Origin: Octopus sinensis | Taxonomy: Eukaryota | NCBI RefSeq assembly: GCF_006345805.1 | Contig: NC_043001.1 | Coordinates: 22,072,001 to 22,136,000 of the forward strand | Direction of reading: 5' to 3' | DNA: 64,000 nucleotides | Part shown: positions 38,001 to 51,116 of the stretch, in pieces | Layout of the letters: each line of letters starts with the position of its first letter | Position numbering within the stretch: the stretch's first letter is position 1 | The notes under the pieces: generated by a model | What the model was told of the DNA's origin: nothing | Seen by the model: only the letters and a program-made list of their open reading frames with translations | Database searches by the model: none | Position numbers and translations under genes: made by a program

Positions 38001-39550
38001 ACCAACACCAGTGCTTGTTACATAGCACCAACACCAGTGATTGTTATGTGGCACCAACACCAGCTTGTTACATAGCACCAACACCAGTGCTTGTTACATA
38101 GCACCAACAACAGTGCTTGTTACATAGCACCAACACCAGTGATTGTTATGTGGCACCACACCAGTGCTTGTTACATAGCACCAACACCAGTGCTTGTTAA
38201 TAGCACCACACCAGTGATTGTTATGTGGCACCAACACCAGTGCTTGTTACATAGCACCAACACCAGTGCTTGTTACATAGCACCAACACCAGTGCTTGTT
38301 ACATAGCACCAACACCAGTGATTGTTATGTGGCACCAACACCAGTGCTTGTTACATAGCACCAACACCAGTGATTGTTACATAGCACCAACACCAGTGAT
38401 TGTTATGTGGCACCAACACCAGTGCTTGTTACATAGCACCAACACCAGTGATTGTTATGTGGCACCAACACCAGAGCTTGTTACATAGCACCAACACCAG
38501 TGCTTTTTACGTGGCACCAACACCAGTGCTTTTTACGTGGCACCAACACCAGTGCTTTTTACGTGGCACCAACACCAGTGCTTTTTACGTGGCACCAACA
38601 CCAGTGCTTTTTACGTGGCACCAACACCAGTGCTTTTTACGTGGCACCAACACCAGTGCTTTTTACGTAGCACCAACACCAGTGCTTTTTACGTGGCACC
38701 AACACCAGTGCTTTTTACGTGGCACCAACACCAGTGCTTTTTACGTGGCACCAACACCAGTGCTTTTTATTTGGCACCAACACCAGTGCTTTTTATTTGG
38801 CACCAACACCAGTGCTTTTTACGTAGCACCAACACCAGTGCTTTTTACGTGGCACCAACACCAGTGCTTTTTACATGGCACCAACACCAGTGCTTTTTAC
38901 GTAGCACCAACACCAGTGCTTTTTACGTGGCACCAACACCAGTGCTTTTTACGTAGCACCAACACCAGTGCTTTTTACGTGGCACCAACACCAGTGCTTT
39001 TTACATGGCACCAACACCAGAGCTTTTTACGTGGCACCAACACCAGAGCTTTTTATTGGCACCAACACCAGAGCTTTTTACATGGCACCAACACCAGTGC
39101 TTTTTACGTGGCACCAACACCAGTTCTTTTTACGTGGCACCAACACCAGAGCTTTTTAATTGGCACCAACACCAGAGCTTTTTAATTGGCACCAACACCA
39201 GTGCTTTTTACATAGCACCAACACCAGTTCTTTTTACGTGGCACCAACACCAGAGCTTTTTAATTGGCACCAACACCAGAGCTTTTTATTTGGCACCAAC
39301 ACCAGTGCTTTTTACATGGCACCAACACCAGTGCTTTTTACATGGCACCAACACCAGTGCTTTTTACATGGCACCAACACCAGTGCTTTTTACATGGCAC
39401 CAACACCAGTGCTTTTTACATGGCACCAACACCAGTGCTTTTTACATGGCACCAACACCAGTGCTTTTTACGTGGCACCAACACCAGAGCTTTTTATTTG
39501 GCACCAACACCAGTTCTTTTTACGTGGCACCAACACCAGTGCTTTTTACA
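35095..39550. repeat. 26-bp minisatellite, ~170 copies
   Basis: Unit GTGGCACCAACACCAGTGCTTTTTAC at the flanks; ATAGCACCAACACCAGTGATTGTTAT / GTGGCACCAACACCAGTGCTTGTTAC in the core. The 26-aa periodicity of the spurious ORFs equals three units. Confidence 0.97.
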
Positions 39551-39631
39551 TAATAGAAATCAAGAAATCAGATTAAAACAAAAAGCAAATTGTTTTAAAC
39601 ACAATGAAAGGAAGGAAAGTGCAATACTTAC

Positions 39632-39736
39632 TTTCCACTGCACAAAGTCAATGATGCGGGTCTTTCCTTGGTCGCTGCCATAGTCAGTTTGGATAAAACC
39701 TCTGAATAAGTTCCCTTCTGATATGGTGTTTTGAAA
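39632..39736 (-). CDS. Tetraspanin exon encoding EC2 helices A/B
   Basis: tttctttcAG|TTTCAA...TGGAAA|GTAAGT; 105 nt; FQNTISEGNLFRGFIQTDYGSDQGKTRIIDFVQWK ends in the DxxQ motif that precedes CCG in tetraspanins. Confidence 0.88.
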
Positions 39737-41964
39737 CTGAAAGAAATGAAAAGTCATAATATAAGGCCAAATGAAAAGCAAATCATTTATTCTATTGACT
39801 GCACTGGCTTTATTAAGGCCGACATATTAGATTTCTAATAAATCAACTCCAATTAAATATGGGATTGATTTTTCTTTCTTTACCTTTTTGCCTATTCTAA
39901 CCAATTAGTGGTAATCCTATTAGTTCAGGGTGTTTAATAACTCAATGCTGTCTTATGACACTCCATCCATTCATTGTTGCCCTTACCATTCCTGGAAGGG
40001 TCTGGGAGTAGTCCTCAGGTACTTCCTCCATAGAGTTCTGCCAGAAGCAACTGTCATTACACTTTCCAGCTGGATTCCCAAAATGGACATCTGAGACAAT
40101 GGATATTATCCAACCATCTCGTTCTTGGTTCTACCCTTAGGTCTTCTACCTGTTGGCTCAGCTTCTATCATCATTGTTTAACATCTGCTTTCCATGCTAG
40201 CATGGGTTATACGGTTTGACTGTGGGTTGGCAAACCAAATGGCTGCACCAGGCTCCAATCTTGATCTGGCAGAGTTTCTACAGCTGGATGCCCTTCCTAA
40301 TGCCAACCACTCCGAGAGTGTAGTGGGTGCTTTTTACGTGCCACCTGCACGGGGGCCAGTCAGGCGGTACTGGCAACGACCTCGCTCGGATCTTTTTACA
40401 CGTGCCAGTGAAGTGGCACCTGTGCCCACCTTGTAATTAAAATGTTGCAGGAGAGAATCACATGTCAGTAGTACGAGAGCTATGAACTCTCATTGAGGTG
40501 AGTTTGCAGTTCAACCTGGTGAGACTCCCTGATCTGAGCTTCACACCCTGTCAAGTAACATTAGTCCATTAATGCTTTAGAGCAGGGGCTCCCAACATAT
40601 AAGATTTTCTTGTTAAAATTTATAAGCAATAAAAAAGTTATACTTCTATAATACACAAAATATTTAAACATCTTTTTTATATAATTCCTAATATGTAACT
40701 TAAAAAATACATTGGAGTGGCTGTGTGGTAAGTAGCTTGCTTACCAACCACATGGTTCCGGATTCAGTCCCATTGCGTGGCACCTTGGGCAAGTGTCTTC
40801 TACTATAACCTCGGGCCAACCAAAGCCTTGTGAGTGGATTTGGTAGAGAGAAACTGAAAGAAGCCCGTCGTATATATGTATATATGTGTATGTGTGTGTA
40901 CATGTTTGTGCGTCTGTGTTTGTCCCCCAACATCGCTTGACAACCAATGCTGGTGTGTTTACGTCCCCGTAACTTAGCAGTTTGGTAAAAGAGACCGATA
41001 GAATAAGTACTAGGCTTACAAAGAATAAGTCCTGGGGTCAATTTACTTGACTAAAGGGGTTACTTTTTTTGCACATCAAATGGCTATGGAAGTCCAGTAG
41101 GGTAAAATAGGAATCCATAGGCAAGAAATGGTTACTTTGACCACTTGTATTGACAACTGTTAAAAATTAAAAGATAGCATTTTTTTTGTAATTTGTAATT
41201 AGGTCACTTTCTATGGACAAAAAAATAAAAGTGTTAATATTTCCGAAGCCACATGGATAAACAAGATCAATCAAATTCAAATTGCTGTTTGAAAATTCCA
41301 GCAATGAAGTCCTTTATTTCTGTTTGGTTTTCAGGATTTTAATATTGTCAGTTGCAGATATTCTAGAATACCAACATATCAGTCCATATATTTACAATAT
41401 TTACAATTCATTTACATAGAATGATAAAAATACATCAAAAAGGAAATGTATATCTCAGAGGCAATAACAGCAGAAAAAATAAAGAATGTATTTTTTAAAT
41501 AAATACAAAGAAATTGATATTAGGGTAGGATCTTCAAAGTAAAACAGGGAAAATGTATATCAATATACAGATTTTTTTTTTCCATTTTTTTATTTCATCT
41601 AGTTTCAGCTCACGAGCTGTGGCCATGCTAGGGCACCGCCATTTATATATATGTGACACCTTTTTACATAGCACATCTAATATACTAATTTGTTCTTTAT
41701 TCATGCATGCATGGATGCTTGTTATGTATGTACATTCGTAAGCTGTGAGTGCATGCTTCTGTGGAGCTTCTGTGCATGTGTGTTTGCATGGTGTGTAAGT
41801 ACACACATGTGAACGTTTGTATATGTTGTATGCTTGTAAGCATGTATGGGTTGCATGTATGTGCATACTACATATATGTTGCACACAGGTTGCATGTGCT
41901 GTGTATGTTACTTGCATCGTGCATGCATGTATGTGTTGAGTTTGCATGTGTACCTGCATGTTGC

Positions 41965-41995
41965 ATATATGTATATATATATATATATATAGATA

Positions 41996-42038
<43 letters not shown>

Positions 42039-42161
42039 ATATATATATATATGTGTGTGTGTGTATATATATATATATATGTGTGTGTGTATATATATAT
42101 GTGTGTGTGTATATATATATGTGTGTGTGTGTGTATATATGTGTGTGTGTGTGTGTATATA

Positions 42162-42200
<39 letters not shown>
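41965..42200. repeat. Compound (TA)n/(TG)n microsatellite
   Basis: Direct reading. Confidence 0.95.
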
Positions 42201-42714
42201 TATGTTCAGGAATGCATAGTTGCGCTGTGTATTAGAAACAGTTATAAATGGAGTAGCTTAGTGCATGTGCCTGCATGTACAGTGTGTATAAACATGTGAA
42301 TATAGAGGTATGTATATAGAAGTCAAGTCAGTAGTTCAAGTCATGCAGCAGTGTTGTTCTAAGGCTGAAAATAAATTGCTCGTGTTGCAAATATACTTTG
42401 TTATATGTATCACTGCATCTGTTTTATTTGCTGTTAGATAAATTTGTTAAACCTGTTGCTATATGCACCCGAATACCTCATTACTACTATTTCATCTCTC
42501 TCTAGCCCCACCCGATTATTCTCATCTTCCCTTAATGGGAGTAGCCATGTATCTCCTCTACAGCAAGAAACTTGTTCTTCCCCCCCACCATTTCTGTCAT
42601 ACTCTGACCTCAAATCTCCTAGCATAAACCCACCCCCTTGGGGTTTGCAGTTCTGCAAATTGCACAGCAGCCTCAATAGTGATGGCAACACACACAGAAA
42701 CCAACCCAGGGTTG

Positions 42715-42960
42715 GCGAAAGCAATGTGGTGGACAATGAAAAACCTGGCTGATGACAGTCAAGGCCGATCTGGAACCCAACCTAGGCCCCCCCCCATATC
42801 TATGGTGTTCGCCGCTGGAATAAGGAGTGGTTGGAGATCACGTGGTTGTTAGCCTCAAATTGCCAGGTCTGGTCAGCGTTTGTGAGAGATGCAGCATTGA
42901 GGATGAATGAAGCCAGCTCAACCCACCCCGGGTGAATGCTGTCTCAAGACAAGAAGAAGA
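42715..42960 (+). mobile_element. 3' fragment of a second RTE-type LINE family
   Basis: Decayed ..GVRRWNKEWLEITWLLASNCQVWSAFVRDA.. and terminal gctcaacccaccccgggtgaatgctgtctcaag, resembling RTE/BovB-like 3' ends from memory. Confidence 0.45.
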
Positions 42961-43357
42961 CACAGAAACCATGCTAAAGCAAATGCAAAAGCATAATGCA
43001 GTCCTTGGACCCGTCATCCTGTCAGTAACGCCATCCAGCCCATGCCAGCACAGAACTTTTCTACTCTAGGCACAAGGCCCGAAATTTTTGAGAAGGGGGA
43101 CAGTCAATTAGATTGACCCCAGTATGCAACTGGTACTTAATTTATCGACACCAAAAGGATGAAAGGCAAAGTCGACCATGGCGGAATTTGAACTCAGAAT
43201 GTAAAGACAGACGAAATACTGCAAAGCATTTTGCCCAAAATGCTAATGTTTCTTATTTCTTTACTGCCCACAAGGGGCTACACATAGACAGGACAAACAA
43301 GGAAAGAAAAACAGATTAAGTTGATAATATTGACCCCAGGGCGTAACTGGTATTTAT

Positions 43358-46190
43358 TTATAGTGAGTGAGATGGTGTGAGAATGAGAGACAGTGAGTGA
43401 GTGAGCGAGAGAGAGATAGAGAAAATAAAAGAGTGAGTGATGAGCAAGAGAGAGGGAATGAGAGAGTGAGCGAGAGAGTGAGAATAAAAGAGTGAGCGAG
43501 TGAGAAAAGGAATAAGAGAGTGAGCGAGCAAGAGAGAGAGAATAAAAATGAGTGAGTGAGTAAGTGAGAGAGAGAGGGAATAAGAATAAGTGTGAGAGAG
43601 AGAGAGAGAGAGAATGCGAATGAGTGAGCAAGAAAGAGGGAATAAGGGATAGAGTGAGAGAGTGACAGAGAGAGTGAAAGAGTGAGAGAGAGAGAGTGAC
43701 AGAGTGAGAGAGTGACAGAGAGAGAGAGTGACAGAGAGAGAGAGAGTGACAGAGAGAGAGAGTGACAGAGAGAGAGAGTGACAGAGAGAAAGAGTGACAG
43801 AGAGAAAGAGTGACAGAGAGAAAGAGTGACAGAGAGAAAGAGTGAAAGAGAGAAAGAGTGACAGAGAGAGTGACAGAGAGAGAGAGAGAGTGACAGAGAG
43901 AGAGAGTGACACAGAGAGAGAGAGTGACACAGAGAGAGAGTGACAGAGAGAGAGAGAGTGACAGAGAGAGAGAGTGACAGAGAGAAAGAGTGACAGAGAG
44001 AAAGAGTGACAGAGAGAAAGAGTGACAGAGAGAAAGAGTGAGAGAGAGAAAGAGTGAGAGAGAGAAAGAGTGAGAGAGAGAAAGAGTAACAGAGAGAAAG
44101 AGTGACAGAGAGCGAGAGTGAGAGAGAGAGAGAGTGAGAGAGAGAGAGAGAGAGTGAAAGAGAGAGTGACAGAGAGAGTGACAGAGAGAGAGAGTGACAG
44201 AGAGAGAGTGACAGAGAGAGAGAGAGTGACAGAGAGAGAGTGACAGAGAGAGAGAGAGTGACAGAGAGAGAGAGTGACACAGAGAGAGTGACAGAGAGAA
44301 AGAGTACAGAGAGAAAGAGTGACAGAGAGAAAGAGTGACAGAGAGAAAGAGTGACAGAGAGAAAGAGTGACAGAGAGAGAGAGAGTGTGACAGAGAGAAA
44401 GAGTGACAGAGAGAGAGAGTGACAGAGAGAGAGAGAGAGTGACAGAGAGAAAGAGTAACAGAGAGAGAGTGACAGAGAGAGTGACAGAGAGAGAGAGTGA
44501 CAGAGAGAGAGAGAGTGACAGAGAGAGAGAGTGACAGAGAGAGAGAGTGACAGAGAGAGAGAGAGTGACATTGAGAGAGTGACACAGAGAGAGAGTGACA
44601 CAGAGAGAGAGAGTGACAGAGAGAGACACAGAGAGAGAGTGACAGAGAGAGAGTGACAGAGAGAAAGAGTGACAGAGAGAGAGAGTGACAGAGAGAGAGA
44701 GAGTGACAGAGAGAGAGAGTGACAGAGAGAGAGAGAGTGAGAGAGAGTGACAGAGAGAGAGTGACACAGAGAGAGAGTGACAGAGAGAGAGAGAGTGACA
44801 GAGAGAGAGAGTGACACAGAGAGAGAGTGACAGAGAGAGAGAGAGTGACACGAGAGAGAGTGACAGAGAGAGAGAGTGAGAGAGAGAAGAGAGTGAGTGA
44901 GAGAAAGAGTGAGAGAGAGAAAGAGTGACAGAGAGAGAGAGAGAGTGACAGAGAGAGAGAAGTGAAGAGAGAGGAGAGAGAGTGACAAGAGAGAGACAAG
45001 AGAAGAGAGAGAGTGACAGAGAGAGAAGAGTGACAGAGAGAGAGAGTGACAGAGAGAGAGAGAGTGACAGAGAGAAGAGAGTGAGAGAGAGAAAGAGTGA
45101 GAGAGAGAAAGAGTGACAGAGAGAGAGAGAGAGTGACAGAGAGAGAGAGAGTGTGACAGAGAGAGAGAGAGAGTGACCGAGAGAGTGACAGAGAGAGAGA
45201 GAGAGAGAGTGACAGAGAGAGAGAGAGAGTGACAGACAGAGAGAGAGAGTGACAGAGAGAGAGACAGAGAGGAGAGTGCAGAGAGAGAGAGTGACACAGA
45301 GGAGAGGTGAGTGACAGAGAGGAGAGTGACAGAGAGAGAGTGACAGAGAGAAAGAGTGACGAGAGAGAGAGAGTGTGACAGAGAGAAGAGTGACAGAGAG
45401 AGAGAGAGAGAGAGAGAGAGTGACAGAGAGAGAGAGAGTGTGACAGAGAGAAAGAGTGACAGAGAGAGAGAGAGTGACAGAGAGAGAGAGAGTGACCGAG
45501 AGAAAGAGTAACAGAGAGAGAGTGACAGAGAGAGGGAGAGTGACAGAGAGAGAGAGTGACACAGAGAGAGAGTGACAGAGAGAGAGAGAGTGACAGAGAG
45601 AGAGAGAGTGACATTGAGAGAGTGACACAGAGAGAGAGTGACACAGAGAGAGAGTGACAGAGAGAGTGACAGAGAGAAAGAGTAACAGAGAGAAAGAGTG
45701 ACAGAGAGAGAGAGTGACAGAGAGAAAGAGTGACAGAGAGAGAGAGTGACAGAGAGAGAGAGTGACACAGAGAGAGAGTGACAGAGAGAAAGAGTGACAG
45801 AGAGAGAGAGAGTGACAGAGAGAAGAGTGACAGAGAGAGAGAGTGACAGAGAGAAAGAGTGACAGAGAAGAGAGAGAGTGACAGAGAGAGAGAGAGAGTG
45901 ACAGAGAGAAAGAGTAACAGAGAGAGAGAGTGACAGAGAGAGGGAGAGTGACAGGAGAGGGAGAGTGACAGAGAGAGGGAGAGTGACAGGGAGAGGGAGA
46001 GTGACAGAGAGAGAGTGACAGAGAGAGAGTGACAGAGAGAGAGTGACAGGAGAGAGAGTGACAGGGAGAGAGAGTGACAGGGAGAGCGAGTGACAGAGAG
46101 AGAGAGGTGGTGAGTGAGAGAGGGTGGATTGGTGAGTGAGAGAGGGTGGATGGGTGAGAGAGAGAAGAGTAGGCAAGAGAGAGAGTAAGT
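43358..46190. repeat. Polypurine array GTGACA(GA)n
   Basis: GTGACAGAGAGAGAGA units with variable GA spacer; source of the 1030/957/756-aa pseudo-ORFs. Confidence 0.97.
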
Positions 46191-46861
46191 CATCCAGTTT
46201 TGTTGTGTATAACCAGTTTCTGACCAATTTTCCTTTCTACAGCGAGATGATCTCCCTATCACGAACCAATTAGAGTGTGTATGTGTGTGTGTGTGCATGC
46301 ACATTTTTATATACAAACACCCACACATTTGCATGCAAATACATACAAATATATACATATACATACACACCTTACGGTTGTTTCAACATACCAGTATTCT
46401 TTTTTCAAACACTTGTACAAATGTAAAGTAATCATAAATAAATACCACATAATTATGGACTGACTGTCAACTTTAGTCTTAAATTTCTTCCAGGAACTAT
46501 AAACACACACACATGTACAGACACAGACACACACACACAGAGGCTACTGTTCAGTTTCTGTCTGCTAGATTCCATGCTCTAAGCATCATTATAATGGAAG
46601 GACAAGGAACAATGGAAAAAGGACTTTAATTTCTATTTGCTTCAGCCATGCTGGGGCACTGCCTTGATCGGTTTTGGTCAAATGAATTGACCCCAGGGTT
46701 AGAAGGTGGGATGATTTTGCTGTCACCTCATGTGTTGTAAAGCATGATGAAAACCAAATGAATGAATGACTTATTCTATCAGTCTGTTTTTGCAAACTGC
46801 TAAGTTATAGAGACAAACACACCAACAATAGTTGTCAAGCAGAAGTGGGGAACAAACAAAT

Positions 46862-47091
46862 AGGGCGGCGAGCTGGCAGAATCGTTAGCACGCCGAGCGA
46901 AATGCGTAGCCGTATTTCGTCTGCCATTACATTCTGAGTTCAAATTCCGCCGAGGTTGACTTTGCCTTTCATCCTTTCGGGGTCGATTAAATAAGTACCA
47001 GTTATGCACTGGGAGTCGATGTAATCGACTTAATCCGTTTGTCCTTGTTTGTCCCCTCTATGTTTAGCCCTTTGTGGGTAGTAAAGAAATA
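46862..47091 (+). mobile_element. SINE family B nested in a minus-strand SINE A
   Basis: 18-bp TSD agaagtggggaacaaaca at 46841-46858 and 47092-47109. Confidence 0.88.
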
Positions 47092-48397
47092 AGAAGTGGG
47101 GAACAAACACAAAGATACACGTGTGTGTATATATATATATATTATATATATATATATATAATATATATATATAATACACACACACACACTGGGCTTCTTT
47201 CAATTTCTATCTACCAAATCCACTCAGGCTATAAGTAGTAGACACTTGCCCAAGGTGCCATACAGTGGGACAGCTATTCCAACAAACAGGCACAGGCATG
47301 GCTGTGTGGTTAGGGAGCTTGCTTCCTAGCTACATGGTTTCGGGTTCAGTCCCACCGCATGGCACTTTGGGTAGGTGTCTTCTGCTATAGCCCCGAGCCG
47401 ACCGAAGCTTTGTGATTGAATTTGGTAGGAGGAAGTTACTGCCGTTTATGTATATGTGCGTGTAGGTGCTTGTGCCTCTCCGAGAGAGAGAGAGAGAGGG
47501 GGGAAGAGAATGTCCCCTTTGCTTTTTGTATATTTCATGGACATTATATAATATTACTTGGTCTACAAGCTTTTCCTGGAGGAGTGTTTTATCATGCTCT
47601 AATTCCTGGTGCCTGGTACTATTTTCTCTCTCGGCCTTGTGCAGTATCATAAGGATTCTTGAATTGTCCCTTTTCCATCTTTTCCCATTTTTGTTTTCCT
47701 CTTCTATCTCTTCCCAGTCTCCCTTCCACCATCACTACAAATATTGTATTTGTTCCTTCCCTGCAGCCTTTGTCTTTCCAACACTCCTGTCTTTATTCCA
47801 TGATATATGTGAAGAGAGAAAAATCAAAATTTGTTTGCATAGGCACAACAGTTAAATATTGCAAAAATTCCTTATAGGAACAGTGGATCTTGAAGCAGAA
47901 AAGCTATAAATAATAGCATGTAGATATTGGGTCGATAAAACCCTTTGAATAGAAAAAGACTGCCTGTGCAAGTGTTGCTGGTAAGAATAAAGCTTCTATA
48001 ATAAATAGAGAAACTAAAAGGAGTGTTTTGCTCTATTTGTAGAAAGCTGTCATGTGTACAGGAGACGTGGGTTCAAATTCCATAAGCAGCCTGATGCATT
48101 TGTTTATAGCTTTATTTGCTTTGAGAAAAATATTTTATGTTCTCTCAAAATTTGTAAATTATGACAACTATAATTGTTTAATTACAATAATTAATTATAG
48201 ACTAAACATTGTGATTTGGATATAGTTGTAGTTATTAAAAAATTTTCTTCCATGGTTGGTGTTAGGAAGAGGCATCCAGCTGTAGAAACCATGAGAAATC
48301 AGACTGGGGTCTGGTTCAGCCCCTCAGCTTATCAACCCTGATCAAACCGTCCAACCCATGCCAGCATGGACAATGGATGTTAAAAGATGATGATGAT

Positions 48398-48748
<351 letters not shown>

Positions 48749-49144
48749 AAATAAAAAACAGCCCTCCACCTTACAAAAATATAATCTGCAGAGAACAAAA
48801 AAATGCTGCTCGCAAAAAACAAAAGATTATATTTTTTTTTTATATTCTATAATGATATAGAAATGGTGGATATGCATTTCCCACAGGAAAAATTATAGTT
48901 GTTGATGTTGGCGGAGCAGGTGGTGATAGAATTAGCAGGGCAGGGTGGGTTGAGAGACATGTTGCTACTGATGCTGCCTACATAACAACAATAAAGACAA
49001 AAGTAGGTTAATAGTTGCAGGGCGGGGTGTGCGAAGAGAAGACTTATTTTACCCAATCATTGCAGATGATGGGTGTTGTAAGGGTGAACGATAGGGCACA
49101 GTATTAAATTCAAGGTTGAACTTGAGCATGACAAACAATATTTT

Positions 49145-49172
49145 ATACATACATACATACATACATACATAT

Positions 49173-49207
<35 letters not shown>

Positions 49208-49690
49208 TGTGTGAGTGTGTGTGTACATGTGAATTTCTGTTTGTGTGTGTACGTGTGTTATATATAATATATATCTTATATTAAACTTTTTAATACTTTT
49301 TGATAGTTATATATATATTTAATATAATAAAAAAAAATTTTAATAATTATTTACAAATAAAATATAATTAATAAAAAATAAAAATAAAAATAATAAAAAA
49401 TAAAAAATATATATATATAATATATATAAAATTTATAAGTATAAATTAATAATTTAAATTTTTTTTAATTTAAAATTTTAAATTAAATAATTCAAATTTT
49501 GAATTTTATATATTGTATATTATATTAATTATTTATTTCTATGTTTGGTTTATGTTTTCACTGTTTGATATGCCTTATAGTGGTTTATCTCTAATTTAAT
49601 ATATATATATGTATAAATATTATAGCACTAAACATTGTGATTTGGATATAGTTGTAGTTATATATATATATATGTATGTATGTATATATA
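49145..49690. repeat. (TACA)n, (TA)n and extreme AT low-complexity tract
   Basis: Direct reading. Confidence 0.85.
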
Positions 49691-50409
49691 TCATCATCAC
49701 ATCATCGTCGTTTAAAACGTCCGTTCTCCATGCTAGCATGGGTTGGACGGTTCGACCGGGGTTTCTGGGAGCCAGAAGGCTGCACCAGGCTCCAGCCTAA
49801 TTTGGCAATGTTTCTACAGCTGGATGCCCTTCCATAACGCCAACCACTCCGTGAGTGTATGGGTGCTTTTTACGTGCCACCTGCACAGGTGCCAGGCGGG
49901 GCTGGCAACGGCCACGGTCAGATTGGTGTATTTTATGTGCCAACCGGCACGGAAGCCAGTCGAGGCGGTGTGGCATCGGCCACGAGTCGGATAGTGTTTT
50001 TACGTACCACCAGACAGGGATCCTGGCTGGTTCAATTCGATTTCGATTTCGCTTGCCCCAACATGTCTTCACAAGCAAGGGGGTTGGCAAGGGTGCCTGT
50101 CGTACGGTCGCATTGGAGTATTTTACGTGCCACGGCCACGAGTCGGATAGTGCTTTTTACGTACCACCAAGACCAGGGATCCTGGCTAGTTCAATTCGAT
50201 TTCGATTTCGCTTGCCCCAACATGTCTTCACAAGCAAAGGGGGTTGGCATGGGTGCCTGTCGTACGGTCGCATTGGAGTATTTTACGTGCCACGGCCCCA
50301 TGAATCTATGTACGTGTGTATGCATCTGTGTGGGTGTATCTATGTGGTCGTGTGCATACATATATAGAAACACCAATAAGAGAACAACTGAAAACAAAGG
50401 CGACCTTAC

Positions 50410-50484
50410 CTCCTCTCTTTTAACACAGCAATAAGCTACACCAGCAACTTCAAGCAGGAATATTAAGACCAGGAATACCAAGAA
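50410..50484 (-). CDS. Tetraspanin exon encoding TM3
   Basis: Minus strand ctctcttccAG|TTCTTG...GAGGAG|GTAAGG; 75 nt, phase 0; FLVFLVLIFLLEVAGVAYCCVKREE with the conserved TM3 Glu. Confidence 0.88.
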
Positions 50485-50682
50485 CTGGAAGAGAGAAAGA
50501 ACAAGGATTCATTTCAAAATATCATTGAAAAGGAATTTTATTATGGTTACAGTAGAAATTATCTTTTCACAGGACACAACTTATAAACTAATAACTACTC
50601 CACTCGTTGCTTTAACTACAAAGTATAAAGCTTAGGTTTTCACTACGTAACAAAATGGTACAAGATATGTAATTGTGACTCG

Positions 50683-51005
50683 ATCTAAGTTAAGTTTAAG
50701 TTAATTTTTTGGCTCAAAAAGCAAAAAGCAAGGCCATGTAGGGGGACATGGAGTTATGTACAGGGAGGGTGTTCATCCAAAGAGTTCAGGCCATTTCTGG
50801 TCAAGAGAGTCTTTGAACCGAGTGGTCGTCGGCATCTTCACTATCTCGTCCGGCAGCTTAATCCACGGATTCGCAACCCGGACGGAGAAAGCCCCTCTCC
50901 TTCGATTGAGATGAAATCGTCGCAGATAGAGCTTTAAACAAACCAGCTGATCTTTCAGGTTGGTATTTCATACAATCAGGAAAATTCTTGGGATTTTTAT
51001 GCATG
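50683..51005 (-). mobile_element. 3' end of a CR1-clade LINE
   Basis: LKLYLRRFHLNRRRGAFSVRVANPWIKLPDEIVKMPTTTRFKDSLDQKWPELFG*, short 3' UTR, (AACTTA)n tail. Confidence 0.8.
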
Positions 51006-51116
51006 GCAGCTTGGGCAACTGTCTTCAATTACAGGCTCTTGGGCCAACCAAAGCCTTGTGAGTGGATTCGCTAGATGGAAACTGAAAGAAGCTCCTCTCT
51101 CTCTCATACACACACA

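Noticed and set aside
35095-39550. CRISPR-like regular repeats and dozens of HQHQC/APTPV ORFs
   Set aside because: Contiguous tandem units with no unique spacers and no cas genes, in a eukaryotic intron. The ORFs arise because a 26-bp unit cycles through stop-poor frames.
43278-46370. 1030-, 957- and 756-aa Ser/Leu-rich ORFs
   Set aside because: Translations of (TC)n-TGTCAC repeats; no domain content.
47466-47800. Minus ORF piece ILHKAERENSTRHQELEHDKTLLQEKLVDQ
   Set aside because: The ORF runs into SINE sequence, has no clear splice pair and no recognisable family; possibly a TE remnant but not supportable.
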